A DNA stretch of 64,000 nt from an uncultured bacterium (lineage in GTDB: Bacteria; CSSED10-310; CAZUFC01): assembly GCA_964619725.1 (NCBI GenBank), contig CAZUFC010000023.1, positions 14,487-78,486 of the forward strand, given 5' to 3'. The position numbers and the translations under genes were made by a program. Of this stretch, positions 17,752 to 27,307 are shown in pieces (the stretch's first letter is position 1; every line of letters begins with the position of its first letter). The notes below the pieces were generated by a model. The model ran no database searches, was not told the DNA's origin, and saw nothing but the letters and a program-made list of their open reading frames with translations.

Positions 17752-20700
17752 ATGAGAGAACGCATGCTTTTATCGTTTTTTGTTTTCATATTGGCGGGCA
17801 TCAACATCATTTTTTGCGTTTCGGGTGTGAGTGCGGACGTGCTGGACGCACTACCTCCTTACACGGAAGGTCATGATCCAGCGCCGGACGAGACGGACGT
17901 CCCGGTCGATGCTGCCGTAACGTTTTACATTTATGATGATGCAGACGGAGTAGATGCGGCATCGATCTATTTGACCGTTGAGGGAACGGCAGCGACGCCC
18001 CAGACGATAACTTCCGTTCCGGACGGATATTATTGCGAGTATCAGCCGGAATCGAGTTTTCCATACTCGACGGTGATTGACATAACCATTTACGGGTACG
18101 ATCTGGCCGATCCTCCGAACATAATGGACCCGTTCAGTTATGCTTTTACGACGGAGGCGGAGCCGCCGACGTCGACGCCGTTTCCGACATCGACGCCGAC
18201 ATTGACGCCTACTTCTACGCTCAGTCCGACGGGTACGATCCCCACGTTTACTCCCACATTAACGCCGACTGATACGGCGCTTCCGACGGAAACTCCCTAC
18301 TACAGCCCTGAACCAACACCTCCGCCGACCGCGACTGAAATTCCGACGGAAACGCCGATTCCTGATAACGAACCGCCCTATGTCGTATCCCGGATTCCGG
18401 AAGCGGGAGCAGTTGGAGTTGATATCAATACGACCATTTCAGCGACTCTTGCGGACGACGTATCCGGCATCGAGCCGAGCAGCGTTGAAATGACGGTGCA
18501 GGGGCAACCGGTAACCTTCACATTATCGGGAAACATTTACAATATGACTTTGACTCATACGCCGCCTGAACCTTTTGATTACCTTGAGGTCGTGGAGGTA
18601 ACGATAGGGGCGTATGATCTGGCTGATCCGCCGAACGAGATGCCGTTGGATACATATTCTTTCACATGTGAAGAGGAGCCGACGCCGACCGAAGGTCCTC
18701 CGACCGAAACGCCGACGGAAACTCCGACCTCCACGTCGACTTTGACGCCCACGATGAGTCCCACATCGAGTCCGAGCGCCACTTTGTCTCCGACTTTATC
18801 TCCGACGCTTTCGCCGACCCGGACGGGAACACCGACGCTCACTCCGACAGCGACGTTAAGTCCCACAGGCACTTTACCGACTCTGACGCCGACAAACAGT
18901 CCGACTTTGACGCCCATACCCAGCGATACGCCCACAAATTCGCCGACTGTTCCTCCTACTTCAACCCCTACTTTTACTGCCACAATGACGCCGGAACCCA
19001 CCGATACGATTATTCCGACCGAACCCCCGACTTTAACGCCTACCCTGGGCCCGACGGAAACTCCCGGACCTGATCTGGACCCTCCTTACACCAGCGATCA
19101 CGATCCTGCTCCGGGCGAGATTGACGTATGGCCGGACGATCCCATCATCGTTGCGGTTAACGATGACGGTGAAGGCGTCGATCTCAGCAGCGTCTTTATA
19201 ACGGTTAACGATGAGGAGGTTACGCCTGAAGTTTCAGGAGACGTCAGCAAATATACCTTTACTTACGATCCGACGACATATTTTCCTTACGGGACCGAAG
19301 TCGTCGTAACAGTGGATGCGTTTGATTTGGCTGAACCGCCGAACGTTATGGATACTGATATCTACAGTTTTACGATCATAAATTTGACTCCGACGGCCGT
19401 TCCTTCACCTGAACCGACTTTAACCCCTACCGTTTCGCCCACGGGAACAGTTCCTACGGAAATACCCACTGAAATTCCCAGTCCTACGCCAACTCCTGAT
19501 GTCGAACCGCCCTATACCACGGACCATGACCCTCTTCCCGGAGCGGAAAATGTCCCTGCGGATACCAACGTATCCGTAACGATCAACGATGACGGAGAGG
19601 GCGTCGATCTCAGCAGCGTCATTTTTCTGGTGGATGGAGTTCTGGTGACGTCGGAACCGTCAGGCGGGCCGCAGGCTTACACTTACACGTATGATCCTGA
19701 AATAGACTTTGCGCCTGGACAATCGGTCCTGATCACCGTAGATGCGTCTGACCTGGCCGATCCGCCCAACGATATGGAAACCGACGTATACAGCTTCACC
19801 ATCGCACAGGCTACTCCCACTTCATCGCCTACACTCTCGCCGACCGCTACCCTGTCGCCGACTGCTCCTCCGACTCTCTCCCCAACGCTCACGCCCACTC
19901 AGACCTTCACGCCCACTGCGCCGCCCACTCTTTCGCCCACTGCTACGCCTACATCGACTCTTTCCCCGACTTTCACTCCCACAAATACTCGCACTCCCAC
20001 CCTTTCTCCAACCTCTTCACCTACTCTTACCGCGACCTCAACGCCTACTCTTACGCATTCGCCCACCTTCACTCCGACGCTGACTCCGACTTTGACGCCC
20101 ACTGACGAACCCACCTTAACTCCCACTGTCGAACCGACAGTGACCGCTACTTTTATTATTCCCGATCCGCCCGTCATGATCGAAGAACCTGATTTTACTC
20201 AGGGCTTTTCCAATACGGTTTTCTGGACCGACAGCGAACTGGGCATCGCTTACCTGGCTGAATGCAGTCTGGACTCGGAATTTGCGGAAATAGTCGCCGA
20301 TTCAGGTTGGATCACGGCCAATCAATACGAGTTTACTGAGCTGCTGCACGGCGTTGAATACTTCTATCGAGTCAAAACGCAATCGCCGGAAGGAACGGAA
20401 AGCGGTTGGTCAAACGTCGTCTCCTCTGAACAGGATGCCGTTCCCCCGAAAATAATAGCCGCAGGATGGTGGAATTCGAAATACTCCTCCACGCAAGGCG
20501 GTACGATCGCTCTGATGGCTGTCTGCCTCGATGACGACCTGGAATACATAGAAATGTACTACGCCGGCTCTCCCCTCGGAGTCTATCTCAAAGATGACGG
20601 AACACAGGGTGATTTTGTGGCGGGAGATTATCTCTTCAGCTTCATCATAACCGGCGCTGATCCGGCAGGATTCCCAGGGCCGATTCAAATCGATTTATAC

Positions 20701-20760
20701 GCATTCGATCATGCCGGCAATTTCGGAAGCTGGCCGGCAGTCAGAATTACTGAAGATTAG
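17752..20760 (+). CDS. 1002-aa secreted protein with four Ig-like (SbsA/Big_5-like) repeats, long Thr/Pro/Ser linkers, an FN3-like domain and an LxDDG..GD..AGD C-terminal domain
   Basis: Signal peptide. Four PPY...P...DV...DD..G[VI]...DLA[DE]PPN.M...Y[SA]FT repeats. TL[ST]P tetrapeptide tracts. YFYRVK...G.ESGWS FN3 signature. Confidence 0.88.
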   Translation: MRERMLLSFFVFILAGINIIFCVSGVSADVLDALPPYTEGHDPAPDETDVPVDAAVTFYIYDDADGVDAASIYLTVEGTAATPQTITSVPDGYYCEYQPESSFPYSTVIDITIYGYDLADPPNIMDPFSYAFTTEAEPPTSTPFPTSTPTLTPTSTLSPTGTIPTFTPTLTPTDTALPTETPYYSPEPTPPPTATEIPTETPIPDNEPPYVVSRIPEAGAVGVDINTTISATLADDVSGIEPSSVEMTVQGQPVTFTLSGNIYNMTLTHTPPEPFDYLEVVEVTIGAYDLADPPNEMPLDTYSFTCEEEPTPTEGPPTETPTETPTSTSTLTPTMSPTSSPSATLSPTLSPTLSPTRTGTPTLTPTATLSPTGTLPTLTPTNSPTLTPIPSDTPTNSPTVPPTSTPTFTATMTPEPTDTIIPTEPPTLTPTLGPTETPGPDLDPPYTSDHDPAPGEIDVWPDDPIIVAVNDDGEGVDLSSVFITVNDEEVTPEVSGDVSKYTFTYDPTTYFPYGTEVVVTVDAFDLAEPPNVMDTDIYSFTIINLTPTAVPSPEPTLTPTVSPTGTVPTEIPTEIPSPTPTPDVEPPYTTDHDPLPGAENVPADTNVSVTINDDGEGVDLSSVIFLVDGVLVTSEPSGGPQAYTYTYDPEIDFAPGQSVLITVDASDLADPPNDMETDVYSFTIAQATPTSSPTLSPTATLSPTAPPTLSPTLTPTQTFTPTAPPTLSPTATPTSTLSPTFTPTNTRTPTLSPTSSPTLTATSTPTLTHSPTFTPTLTPTLTPTDEPTLTPTVEPTVTATFIIPDPPVMIEEPDFTQGFSNTVFWTDSELGIAYLAECSLDSEFAEIVADSGWITANQYEFTELLHGVEYFYRVKTQSPEGTESGWSNVVSSEQDAVPPKIIAAGWWNSKYSSTQGGTIALMAVCLDDDLEYIEMYYAGSPLGVYLKDDGTQGDFVAGDYLFSFIITGADPAGFPGPIQIDLYAFDHAGNFGSWPAVRITED

Positions 20761-20927
20761 TAAAGAATGAAAGACGGGCGACCAGGAATTACTGTGAGGC
20801 ACGGCTGTAAGATGTGAATGAAATACAAAGGCTCGCGCAGTCCCGATAATTCCTTAAATACCCGTACGCCGATTTCCTGATAACCCGCCCGGGAACATCA
20901 TTTTTTCAGCGGTTTGCGAAGGGCTCC

Positions 20928-20960
20928 GACCCCTCTGCTGACCCCTCTGCTGGACCCCTT
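20928..20960 (+). repeat. Short direct repeat GACCCCTCTGCT x2 plus a partial third copy
   Basis: gacccctctgct gacccctctgct ggacccctt. Confidence 0.6.
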
Positions 20961-21076
20961 TTTTTCTTCTGTTTACTCTTGCGGAAGATTCTGGACAAAA
21001 GGCGAAAAAAGTTTTTTAATAGGGAAAGAAAAGGATTCGTATCGATCAATGCATTTTGTGCGAAAGGTTTCAAATT

Positions 21077-22174
21077 ATGGGCTTCAATTGTGGAATCGTA
21101 GGATTGCCGAATGCCGGCAAATCGACAATATTCAATGCCTTGACGGCTGCAGGCGCTGCGGCTGAGAGTTTTCCGTTTTGTACGATCAAACCCAATGTCG
21201 GCATAGTGAAAGTTCCGGATCAACGCCTGGCGAAACTTTCCGAACTGTTGAATCCTCCGAAAACGACGCCGACTACTCTCGAATTCGTGGACATCGCAGG
21301 ACTCGTGAAAGGCGCTTCCAAAGGAGAAGGTCTGGGAAATCAGTTCCTCGGTGAAATTCGGAACGTGGATGCTATAGCTCATGTCGTGCGCTGTTTTCAG
21401 GACTCTAATGTATCCCATCCGGAAGCTGACGTCGATCCTGTCCGGGATATGGAAATCGTGGATTATGAGTTAATTCTGGCTGATCACGATATCATAGACA
21501 GAAGAATTGAAAAGAGAGCCCGTTTGGCGAAGGTGGGCGACAAGGAAGCGGGCCGTGAAGTGGAGAACCTGGGAAAGATCAAAGCCGTTCTGGAGCAAGG
21601 CAGACCGGTTCGTGAGGCTCCAGAATTGCATGAGTTGGAGGGAGAATTTCTGAACGAACTGCAATTATTGACTGCGAAGCCCTGTATCTATGTTGCGAAT
21701 ATACACGAGAGCGATCTTCACAAGGAAACGGATTTTCTGAAGTCTGTTCGACGAAAGGCGCAAGAAACCAATTCCCGTATGGCCGCGATAAGCGGTAAAA
21801 TTGAAGCGGAACTGTCTGAGCTTGATCCGGAAGATCAACTTATGTTCAAGGAAGAATACGACCTGGAGTCGTCCGGACTGGAGCAGTTAATCTCAGCGGG
21901 GTATGAAGCGTTGCAGCTTATTACCTTTTATACGACAGTCGGAACGGAACTCAGGGCCTGGACGGTTCCGGTGAATACTCCGGCGCCTGCGGCCGCCGGA
22001 AGGATTCATACCGACATGCAAAGGGGGTTCATCAGGGCTGAAGTCGTCAATTTTCGTGATTTTATACAGGCGGGTTCGGAGAGCGCTGCCAGAGACAGGG
22101 GCATTATCCGCTCAGAAGGCAAGGATTATCTTGTGAAAGACGGCGATATTATTCGTTTCCGGTTTAACGTTTAA
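21077..22174 (+). CDS. ychF: Redox-regulated ATPase YchF
   Basis: GIVGLPNAGKST, FPFCTIKPN, DIAGLVKGASKGEGLGNQFL and a TGS C-terminus ending FRFNV. Confidence 0.97.
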   Translation: MGFNCGIVGLPNAGKSTIFNALTAAGAAAESFPFCTIKPNVGIVKVPDQRLAKLSELLNPPKTTPTTLEFVDIAGLVKGASKGEGLGNQFLGEIRNVDAIAHVVRCFQDSNVSHPEADVDPVRDMEIVDYELILADHDIIDRRIEKRARLAKVGDKEAGREVENLGKIKAVLEQGRPVREAPELHELEGEFLNELQLLTAKPCIYVANIHESDLHKETDFLKSVRRKAQETNSRMAAISGKIEAELSELDPEDQLMFKEEYDLESSGLEQLISAGYEALQLITFYTTVGTELRAWTVPVNTPAPAAAGRIHTDMQRGFIRAEVVNFRDFIQAGSESAARDRGIIRSEGKDYLVKDGDIIRFRFNV

Positions 22175-22195
22175 ATGGTTTGAAAGGAGTATAAA

Positions 22196-23044
22196 TTGTT
22201 CATCAACGTCAATGGAGCTGATATTTATTATGAAATAATGGGACAGGGCCCGAATGTTCTGACGTTACACGGCGGGCCGGGTATAGGCGATCACGGCGAC
22301 AACAAGAAAATGTTCCAGAGAATGCAAGACCGTTTCCGATTCGTTTATTTTGATTTCCGAGGCAACGGGAAATCCGAGGAAACCCCTCCGGAAACATACA
22401 CGCATGAACAATATGTTGAGGATACCGAGGCGATGCGACAGTCTCTTGAGCTGGGCAAATGCGCTTTATCCGGAGGGTCATACGGAGGCATCATTGCGCT
22501 TGAGTATGCCTTGAAATACCAGGATCGCATCAGTTGCATGATACTGCGGGGAACCGCTGCCAGCTTTGAATTGCAGAATTACGCATTTGAAAATGCCATG
22601 AACAGCGGCTTGCCGGGCGTCAATGAAGATATGCTGCATAATCTTTTTTACGGAAAAATGAAGAGCGATCAGGAATTCAAAGAGCATTTCGCCAAGATAT
22701 ATCCTTTGTATTCAAAGACTTATACGCCGGAGAAGGCGAAAGAGCTATTCGACAGAAAAAGGTTCATCGCTGCGACCCATAACGCTTTTTTCCGGCACGC
22801 TTTTCCGAAATACGACATTCGGGAACGCCTGCATGAAATAGAGATTCCCGTTTTAATACTGGCCGGCAGGCATGATTGGATCACACCGATGAAACTCGCC
22901 CGTGAACTGGAGGATAACATTCCAAACGCTGAATTGATTATCTTTGAAAATGCCGGGCATTCCATTCATTCCGACGAACCGGACAAATTTTACGGAGAAA
23001 CGGAGAGATTTTTAAACGAACATACGGAAAGGGCCGGCGGATAA
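22196..23044 (+). CDS. Alpha/beta hydrolase (proline iminopeptidase-like)
   Basis: HGGPG, GGSYGG nucleophile elbow, GRHD and NAGH. TTG start after AAGGAG. Confidence 0.9.
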   Translation: MFINVNGADIYYEIMGQGPNVLTLHGGPGIGDHGDNKKMFQRMQDRFRFVYFDFRGNGKSEETPPETYTHEQYVEDTEAMRQSLELGKCALSGGSYGGIIALEYALKYQDRISCMILRGTAASFELQNYAFENAMNSGLPGVNEDMLHNLFYGKMKSDQEFKEHFAKIYPLYSKTYTPEKAKELFDRKRFIAATHNAFFRHAFPKYDIRERLHEIEIPVLILAGRHDWITPMKLARELEDNIPNAELIIFENAGHSIHSDEPDKFYGETERFLNEHTERAGG

Positions 23045-23143
23045 AGACTTGTTCAGGCTTTGACGACTAATAGGAGGAGATAATCAACGCTCGAATCCTT
23101 GAATGCAGGATTAAAACCGGGAGTTGAAAGAAACGAGGTTGGT

Positions 23144-23506
23144 ATGGTCGACTGGAAATTTGAAAGTATAAGGAACTGGCCTGACATAATGGATTTTGTC
23201 CGCAAAATCTTTGTTTTGTGCCGGGGATTGCCCCTTGATGAGTCAAACGGACTGACGCGACAGATGAAAAATGCGGCAATGAACGTCCCCGTCAACATAG
23301 CAGCCGGAAGGGCCTACAAGGATAAAAAGGAGTTCAGCAAATTTCTGATTGAAGCTCGTATGCATCTTTATAAGACTGTTGTTTGTCTGAAACTTGCTTC
23401 TGACCTGGAATACATTCCAGGCAAGGAATCTGCGACGCTGCAGGAGGATGCCGAACAAATCCTTAAATTACTCAACGGCATGATTCGTTATCTGGAAAAA
23501 AGCTGA
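23144..23506 (+). CDS. Four-helix bundle protein (23S rRNA IVP-like family), divergent
   Basis: LP.DE..GLT.QMKNAAMNVPVNIAAG...KEF.KFL..AR...DLEYI pattern. GAGG RBS before ATG 23144. Confidence 0.85.
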   Translation: MVDWKFESIRNWPDIMDFVRKIFVLCRGLPLDESNGLTRQMKNAAMNVPVNIAAGRAYKDKKEFSKFLIEARMHLYKTVVCLKLASDLEYIPGKESATLQEDAEQILKLLNGMIRYLEKS

Positions 23507-23589
23507 GGAATTTTCTCAAAGGTCGTTATCCTGAACAAAGGAATCTCCGGCAGTAGGAATAAAAGCGGCGTCCGGTAAGGAGACAGAGA

Positions 23590-25668
23590 GTGGTTGAACG
23601 GCATTTATTGATCAACAAGCTATACGGTATGGTCCTACTTTTAGGTTGTCTGACGTCATGCCCTGCGGTTATGGCTGATGCGACCTTCGAGAGCAGTCTG
23701 ATCAAGATAAAGCCTGGCCAGACATATTCAGGGCAGTCTGAATTAAATCTGAAAGGTGCGCGCAATGAGTATTTATCCTTCCAAATCGTTTTGAACGGGC
23801 CCATGCAGGGGATTACGGTCAGTTGCGGTCCTTTGGCGGGAGATTCAGGTTCCATCGGCAATGAAAATATACTGTGCTGCGGCGTGTCGTACATGAATAT
23901 TACAACGCCGTCGAATTTTGAAGGGGGTATCGGAACCTGGCCGGATGGACTGATACCTTCGGTCGATCCTTACTTTTCCGAACAGCGGAACAGTTTCCCG
24001 ATTAATGTACCTGAAGAGGAGAACCGGCTGGTATGGATCGATCTTTTCATACCTCCTGACGCAAGCGCCGGAGATTATGCCGGAGAGATAGTCGTCGAAA
24101 GCGGCGGCCAGGAGATTCAGTCTTTGAGCTACACTGTTCATGTCTGGAATTTCACTCTCCCCTCAACGTCATCCCTTCCGACCGCTTTCGGTTTCGACGG
24201 CTGGGAGGTTTTACGGGGGCACTTTGGAGAGGAACAGATGCATGAACATTATGATGAAATTGTGCCCTTGACCAGGAGATATCTCGACAGCGCTTTAAGG
24301 CACCGGATCACGCTTTCATCTTTTCTGAAGGAAGACTGGGACATGTATGACGAGCCGGTGGATTGGACGGCTTTCGACGAGCGTTGGCGAGATTATCTGG
24401 ACGGATACGACACGGTTTTCGGACTCCAGAATGCCGCATTGACAAGCGTGGAATTGACGGATTGCGATGGAACGGACCAGGAGCGGATCAATTACTGGCA
24501 AGCCTTTGCACAGCATTTCAGACAGCAGGGCCGTCTCGGCGTTTTATTCGATTATACTTTTGACGAACCTTACGATGCAGAGGATTATGCGGCGATAGCA
24601 GACCGAACCGCGCTCATCCGGCAGGCTGATCCGGAACTGCGGACGCTCGTCACCACGGACATTCAGGAGGCTTCTCAATACGATGCACAGGACGATATCG
24701 ACGTGTGGGTTCCGCTGATAAATTTCATTTACGGTAAGCCGTATGATGTTTGCTGGGACGAGGAATACGAGGGATATCAGCGGGATGAATATGACACGTT
24801 GCTTCAGAACGGCGATGAGTTATGGTGGTACCAGTCATGTATGAGTCACGGATGTGCGGGAAGCGATCCGGATGATCAGTGCGAAGCGGGTTATCCCTCG
24901 TATATGATCGACCATTCGGCTGTGCGCAACAGGATCATGAGCTGGATGACTTATTTCTACGATATTCACGGCGAATTGTATTTTGCCGTGAATTATGCGG
25001 ACGAAGCCGGCGATGCCTGGGTCGATCAGTTCTATTTCGGAGGCAACGGCGACGGAACGTTGTTCTATCCGGGACGCCCATCACAGATAGGCGGAACTTC
25101 CCATATCCCTGTCGAATCCATCCGGCTTAAACATATCCGGGACGGATTGGAGGATTATGAGTATTTCCTCCTGCTGGAACAGGTCCAGGGCAGGGCTGCG
25201 GTCGTGGAACGACTGCAGCCGATAATTACGAACGCTTATACATATTCGGAAAACCCCGAACTCATGGCATCGATCATAGACGAGATCGGCGAGGCGCTGG
25301 ATACCTCAATGCCTTATGTCGGAGTCCGTTTGTCTATGCCGGATGACTATTTTTCACCCGGAGAGGAGTGCGGATTAAACGCTGTTATCTTTAACGATTC
25401 TGAACCCTTGCTGAACACGCCGCTCTTCTGCCTGCTAGACATTTACGGCCAATACTGGTTCTGGGACGACTGGACTCATGAATTGGATTATCACCTTCTG
25501 AACGTTCCTACAGGAGATACTTCCCTGACAATCATCGACCTTTTTACCTGGCCGGATACGGGACAGGATTCGCTCCAGGGTCTGGCATTTCTGGCCGCCC
25601 TGGTCGACACAAGCTTGACGAGCATCATCGGTGATTACGACATCCTTCTTTTCGGATACGGTCCGTAA
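23590..25668 (+). CDS. Secreted DUF4091/GH123-like glycoside hydrolase with an FxYG-type C-terminal domain
   Basis: ARNEYLSFQ, WPDGLIP, DYTFDEP, WWYQSCMSHGC, GNGDGTLFYPG and SIRLKHIRDGLEDYEY motifs. The last ~115 aa are the shared C-terminal domain. Confidence 0.85.
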   Translation: MVERHLLINKLYGMVLLLGCLTSCPAVMADATFESSLIKIKPGQTYSGQSELNLKGARNEYLSFQIVLNGPMQGITVSCGPLAGDSGSIGNENILCCGVSYMNITTPSNFEGGIGTWPDGLIPSVDPYFSEQRNSFPINVPEEENRLVWIDLFIPPDASAGDYAGEIVVESGGQEIQSLSYTVHVWNFTLPSTSSLPTAFGFDGWEVLRGHFGEEQMHEHYDEIVPLTRRYLDSALRHRITLSSFLKEDWDMYDEPVDWTAFDERWRDYLDGYDTVFGLQNAALTSVELTDCDGTDQERINYWQAFAQHFRQQGRLGVLFDYTFDEPYDAEDYAAIADRTALIRQADPELRTLVTTDIQEASQYDAQDDIDVWVPLINFIYGKPYDVCWDEEYEGYQRDEYDTLLQNGDELWWYQSCMSHGCAGSDPDDQCEAGYPSYMIDHSAVRNRIMSWMTYFYDIHGELYFAVNYADEAGDAWVDQFYFGGNGDGTLFYPGRPSQIGGTSHIPVESIRLKHIRDGLEDYEYFLLLEQVQGRAAVVERLQPIITNAYTYSENPELMASIIDEIGEALDTSMPYVGVRLSMPDDYFSPGEECGLNAVIFNDSEPLLNTPLFCLLDIYGQYWFWDDWTHELDYHLLNVPTGDTSLTIIDLFTWPDTGQDSLQGLAFLAALVDTSLTSIIGDYDILLFGYGP

Positions 25669-25785
25669 GCCCGACTTTGGCCGGTTCAATTGCGTGCACA
25701 GTCATGAGGCTTAAAAGGATTTCATCGAATAACTCTTTTTAAATTTGACAACGCCAATTGCCTTACCCTATTGTACGCATGAATT

Positions 25786-25912
25786 ATCCGCGGCCTTAAC
25801 GGAGTCCGGATGAAATCGCCGCTGGATTCTTGGCGGATCAGCGCATTGGCGCCCTTCGCTGACGGCATTATCAGGCCTGCCGGAAGTCGTGAGTAAAGAA
25901 GAGGTTGCGGAT
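25786..25912 (+). ncRNA. Candidate structured leader or ncRNA (four-way junction), family unrecognised
   Basis: 12-bp closing stem enclosing three hairpins, directly downstream of TTGACA-N18-TATTGT (25745-25774). Confidence 0.3.
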
Positions 25913-25953
25913 GGCATAAGTCAATCAATGGAATTTATCATTTCGGGAGGAAG

Positions 25954-26565
25954 ATGATGATAGTAACGCTTGATCCCGATTACCCCAATCCGAAGTGGAT
26001 ACAAAAGGCTGCCGATATTTTGAAAGAAGGCGGAGTCATCGCTTATCCCACGGATACTCATTATGGTATCGGGTGTGATCTGACCAATAAAAAGGCCATC
26101 GAACGGATATACAGAATAAAGAAAATGAACCGCAAGAAACCATTGAGTTTCATTTGCAACGATTTCAAGGATTTAAGTCAATACGCCGTAGTTTCCAATT
26201 ACGCGTTTAAAATGATGAAAAAATTGCTCCCCGGTCCCTACACTTTTGTGTTGAAAGCGACTCGATATGTTCCCAAGACCATGGTGACGAAACAGAAGAC
26301 GGTCGGTATTCGCATTCCCGATAATGAAATTTGTCTGAAGATGGTGGAATTCCTGGGAGGTCCGGTAGTCAATACCAGCGTGAGGGTAAAAGAGGGGCAA
26401 ATTTTCACCGATCCCATGCAGATTGAGGAGAATCTGGGGAGCGAACTGGATATGATACTTCACGGAGGAGTATTGGTTTCAGAGCCGTCGACAGTCATCA
26501 GTCTTGTGGGTGAAGAACCGGAAATACTGCGGGAGGGAAAGGGCGACATCACTCCGTTCCTTTGA
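25954..26565 (+). CDS. Sua5/YrdC/YciO family protein (YciO-like)
   Basis: GGVIAYPTDTHYGIGC, LLPGPYTF, TVGIRIP and PSTVI motifs. Lacks the TsaC KxR and SxN motifs. Confidence 0.9.
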   Translation: MMIVTLDPDYPNPKWIQKAADILKEGGVIAYPTDTHYGIGCDLTNKKAIERIYRIKKMNRKKPLSFICNDFKDLSQYAVVSNYAFKMMKKLLPGPYTFVLKATRYVPKTMVTKQKTVGIRIPDNEICLKMVEFLGGPVVNTSVRVKEGQIFTDPMQIEENLGSELDMILHGGVLVSEPSTVISLVGEEPEILREGKGDITPFL

Positions 26566-26569
26566 CCTT

Positions 26570-27304
26570 ATGAAAGATAATTCATTCGAACTTTACTATT
26601 TCTACGCTCATTCAAACTGGTGGTTCGTCGGAAAAAGAATGATCGTAGAATTTCTTATTGAGAAAGCATTCCCCAAAAGAAAAAATCTGCGCATTCTCGA
26701 TATCGGGTGCGGGACAGGCGAAATCGTAAGAGCGCTTTCGAAATACGGTCAGGCCTACGGCGTCGACCTTTCTTCTGAAGCTCTGCAATACGGTTGGTTC
26801 AGGGGCAGCGACCATCTAGTCCAGGCCGACACCGATGATATGCCGTTTAAAGAAGAATCCTTCGATCTGCTGGTCATTCTTGATTTATTTGAACACATTC
26901 CGAACGACGTCGCATCCGCAAGAGACTTCACGCGTTACCTGAAAAAAGGCGGTTGCATGATCGTCAGTTCTCCCGCCATGCCTGTTTTATGGAGTAAAAG
27001 GGATGTGGAATTGCATCATTACAGGCGGTATAAAAAGAAGCAGATGACGAAGATAGTCAGAAAAGCCGGACTTAAAACGGAAAGGATGTTTTACAGAAAT
27101 TTTTTCTTTTTCCCCCTGGTTTTAAGCAAATACATATGCGAACGGTTCTCCACGAAGGAGCCGGAGATACAATATGATTTGGTGGTAGTACCGAAGATAA
27201 TGAACAGCATCCTGATTAAGATTCTGCAACTTGAAACGATTATACTGAAATACCTTGACCTGCCGCTGGGGTCTTCACTGGTCTGCCTGGCAAGAAAAGA
27301 ATAG
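26570..27304 (+). CDS. Class I SAM-dependent methyltransferase (glycan-locus type)
   Basis: HSNWWF, ILDIGCGTG, LDLFEHI and PA.P.LWS..D....H.RRY motifs. Confidence 0.9.
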   Translation: MKDNSFELYYFYAHSNWWFVGKRMIVEFLIEKAFPKRKNLRILDIGCGTGEIVRALSKYGQAYGVDLSSEALQYGWFRGSDHLVQADTDDMPFKEESFDLLVILDLFEHIPNDVASARDFTRYLKKGGCMIVSSPAMPVLWSKRDVELHHYRRYKKKQMTKIVRKAGLKTERMFYRNFFFFPLVLSKYICERFSTKEPEIQYDLVVVPKIMNSILIKILQLETIILKYLDLPLGSSLVCLARKE

Positions 27305-27307
27305 GTT

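Noticed and set aside
18130-20160. Repeat array or CRISPR-like DNA in the CCGAC-rich tracts, and the Val/Gly-rich antisense ORFs
   Set aside because: These are explained by Thr/Pro/Ser codons of the 1002-aa protein; the antisense ORFs are shadows.
23144-23506. Avd of a diversity-generating retroelement
   Set aside because: No reverse transcriptase and no TR/VR pair differing at adenines were seen in the window.
25868-25892. SRP RNA helix 8 (TCAGGCCTGCCGGAAG)
   Set aside because: No GNRA tetraloop and no AGCAG, so the resemblance is only partial.
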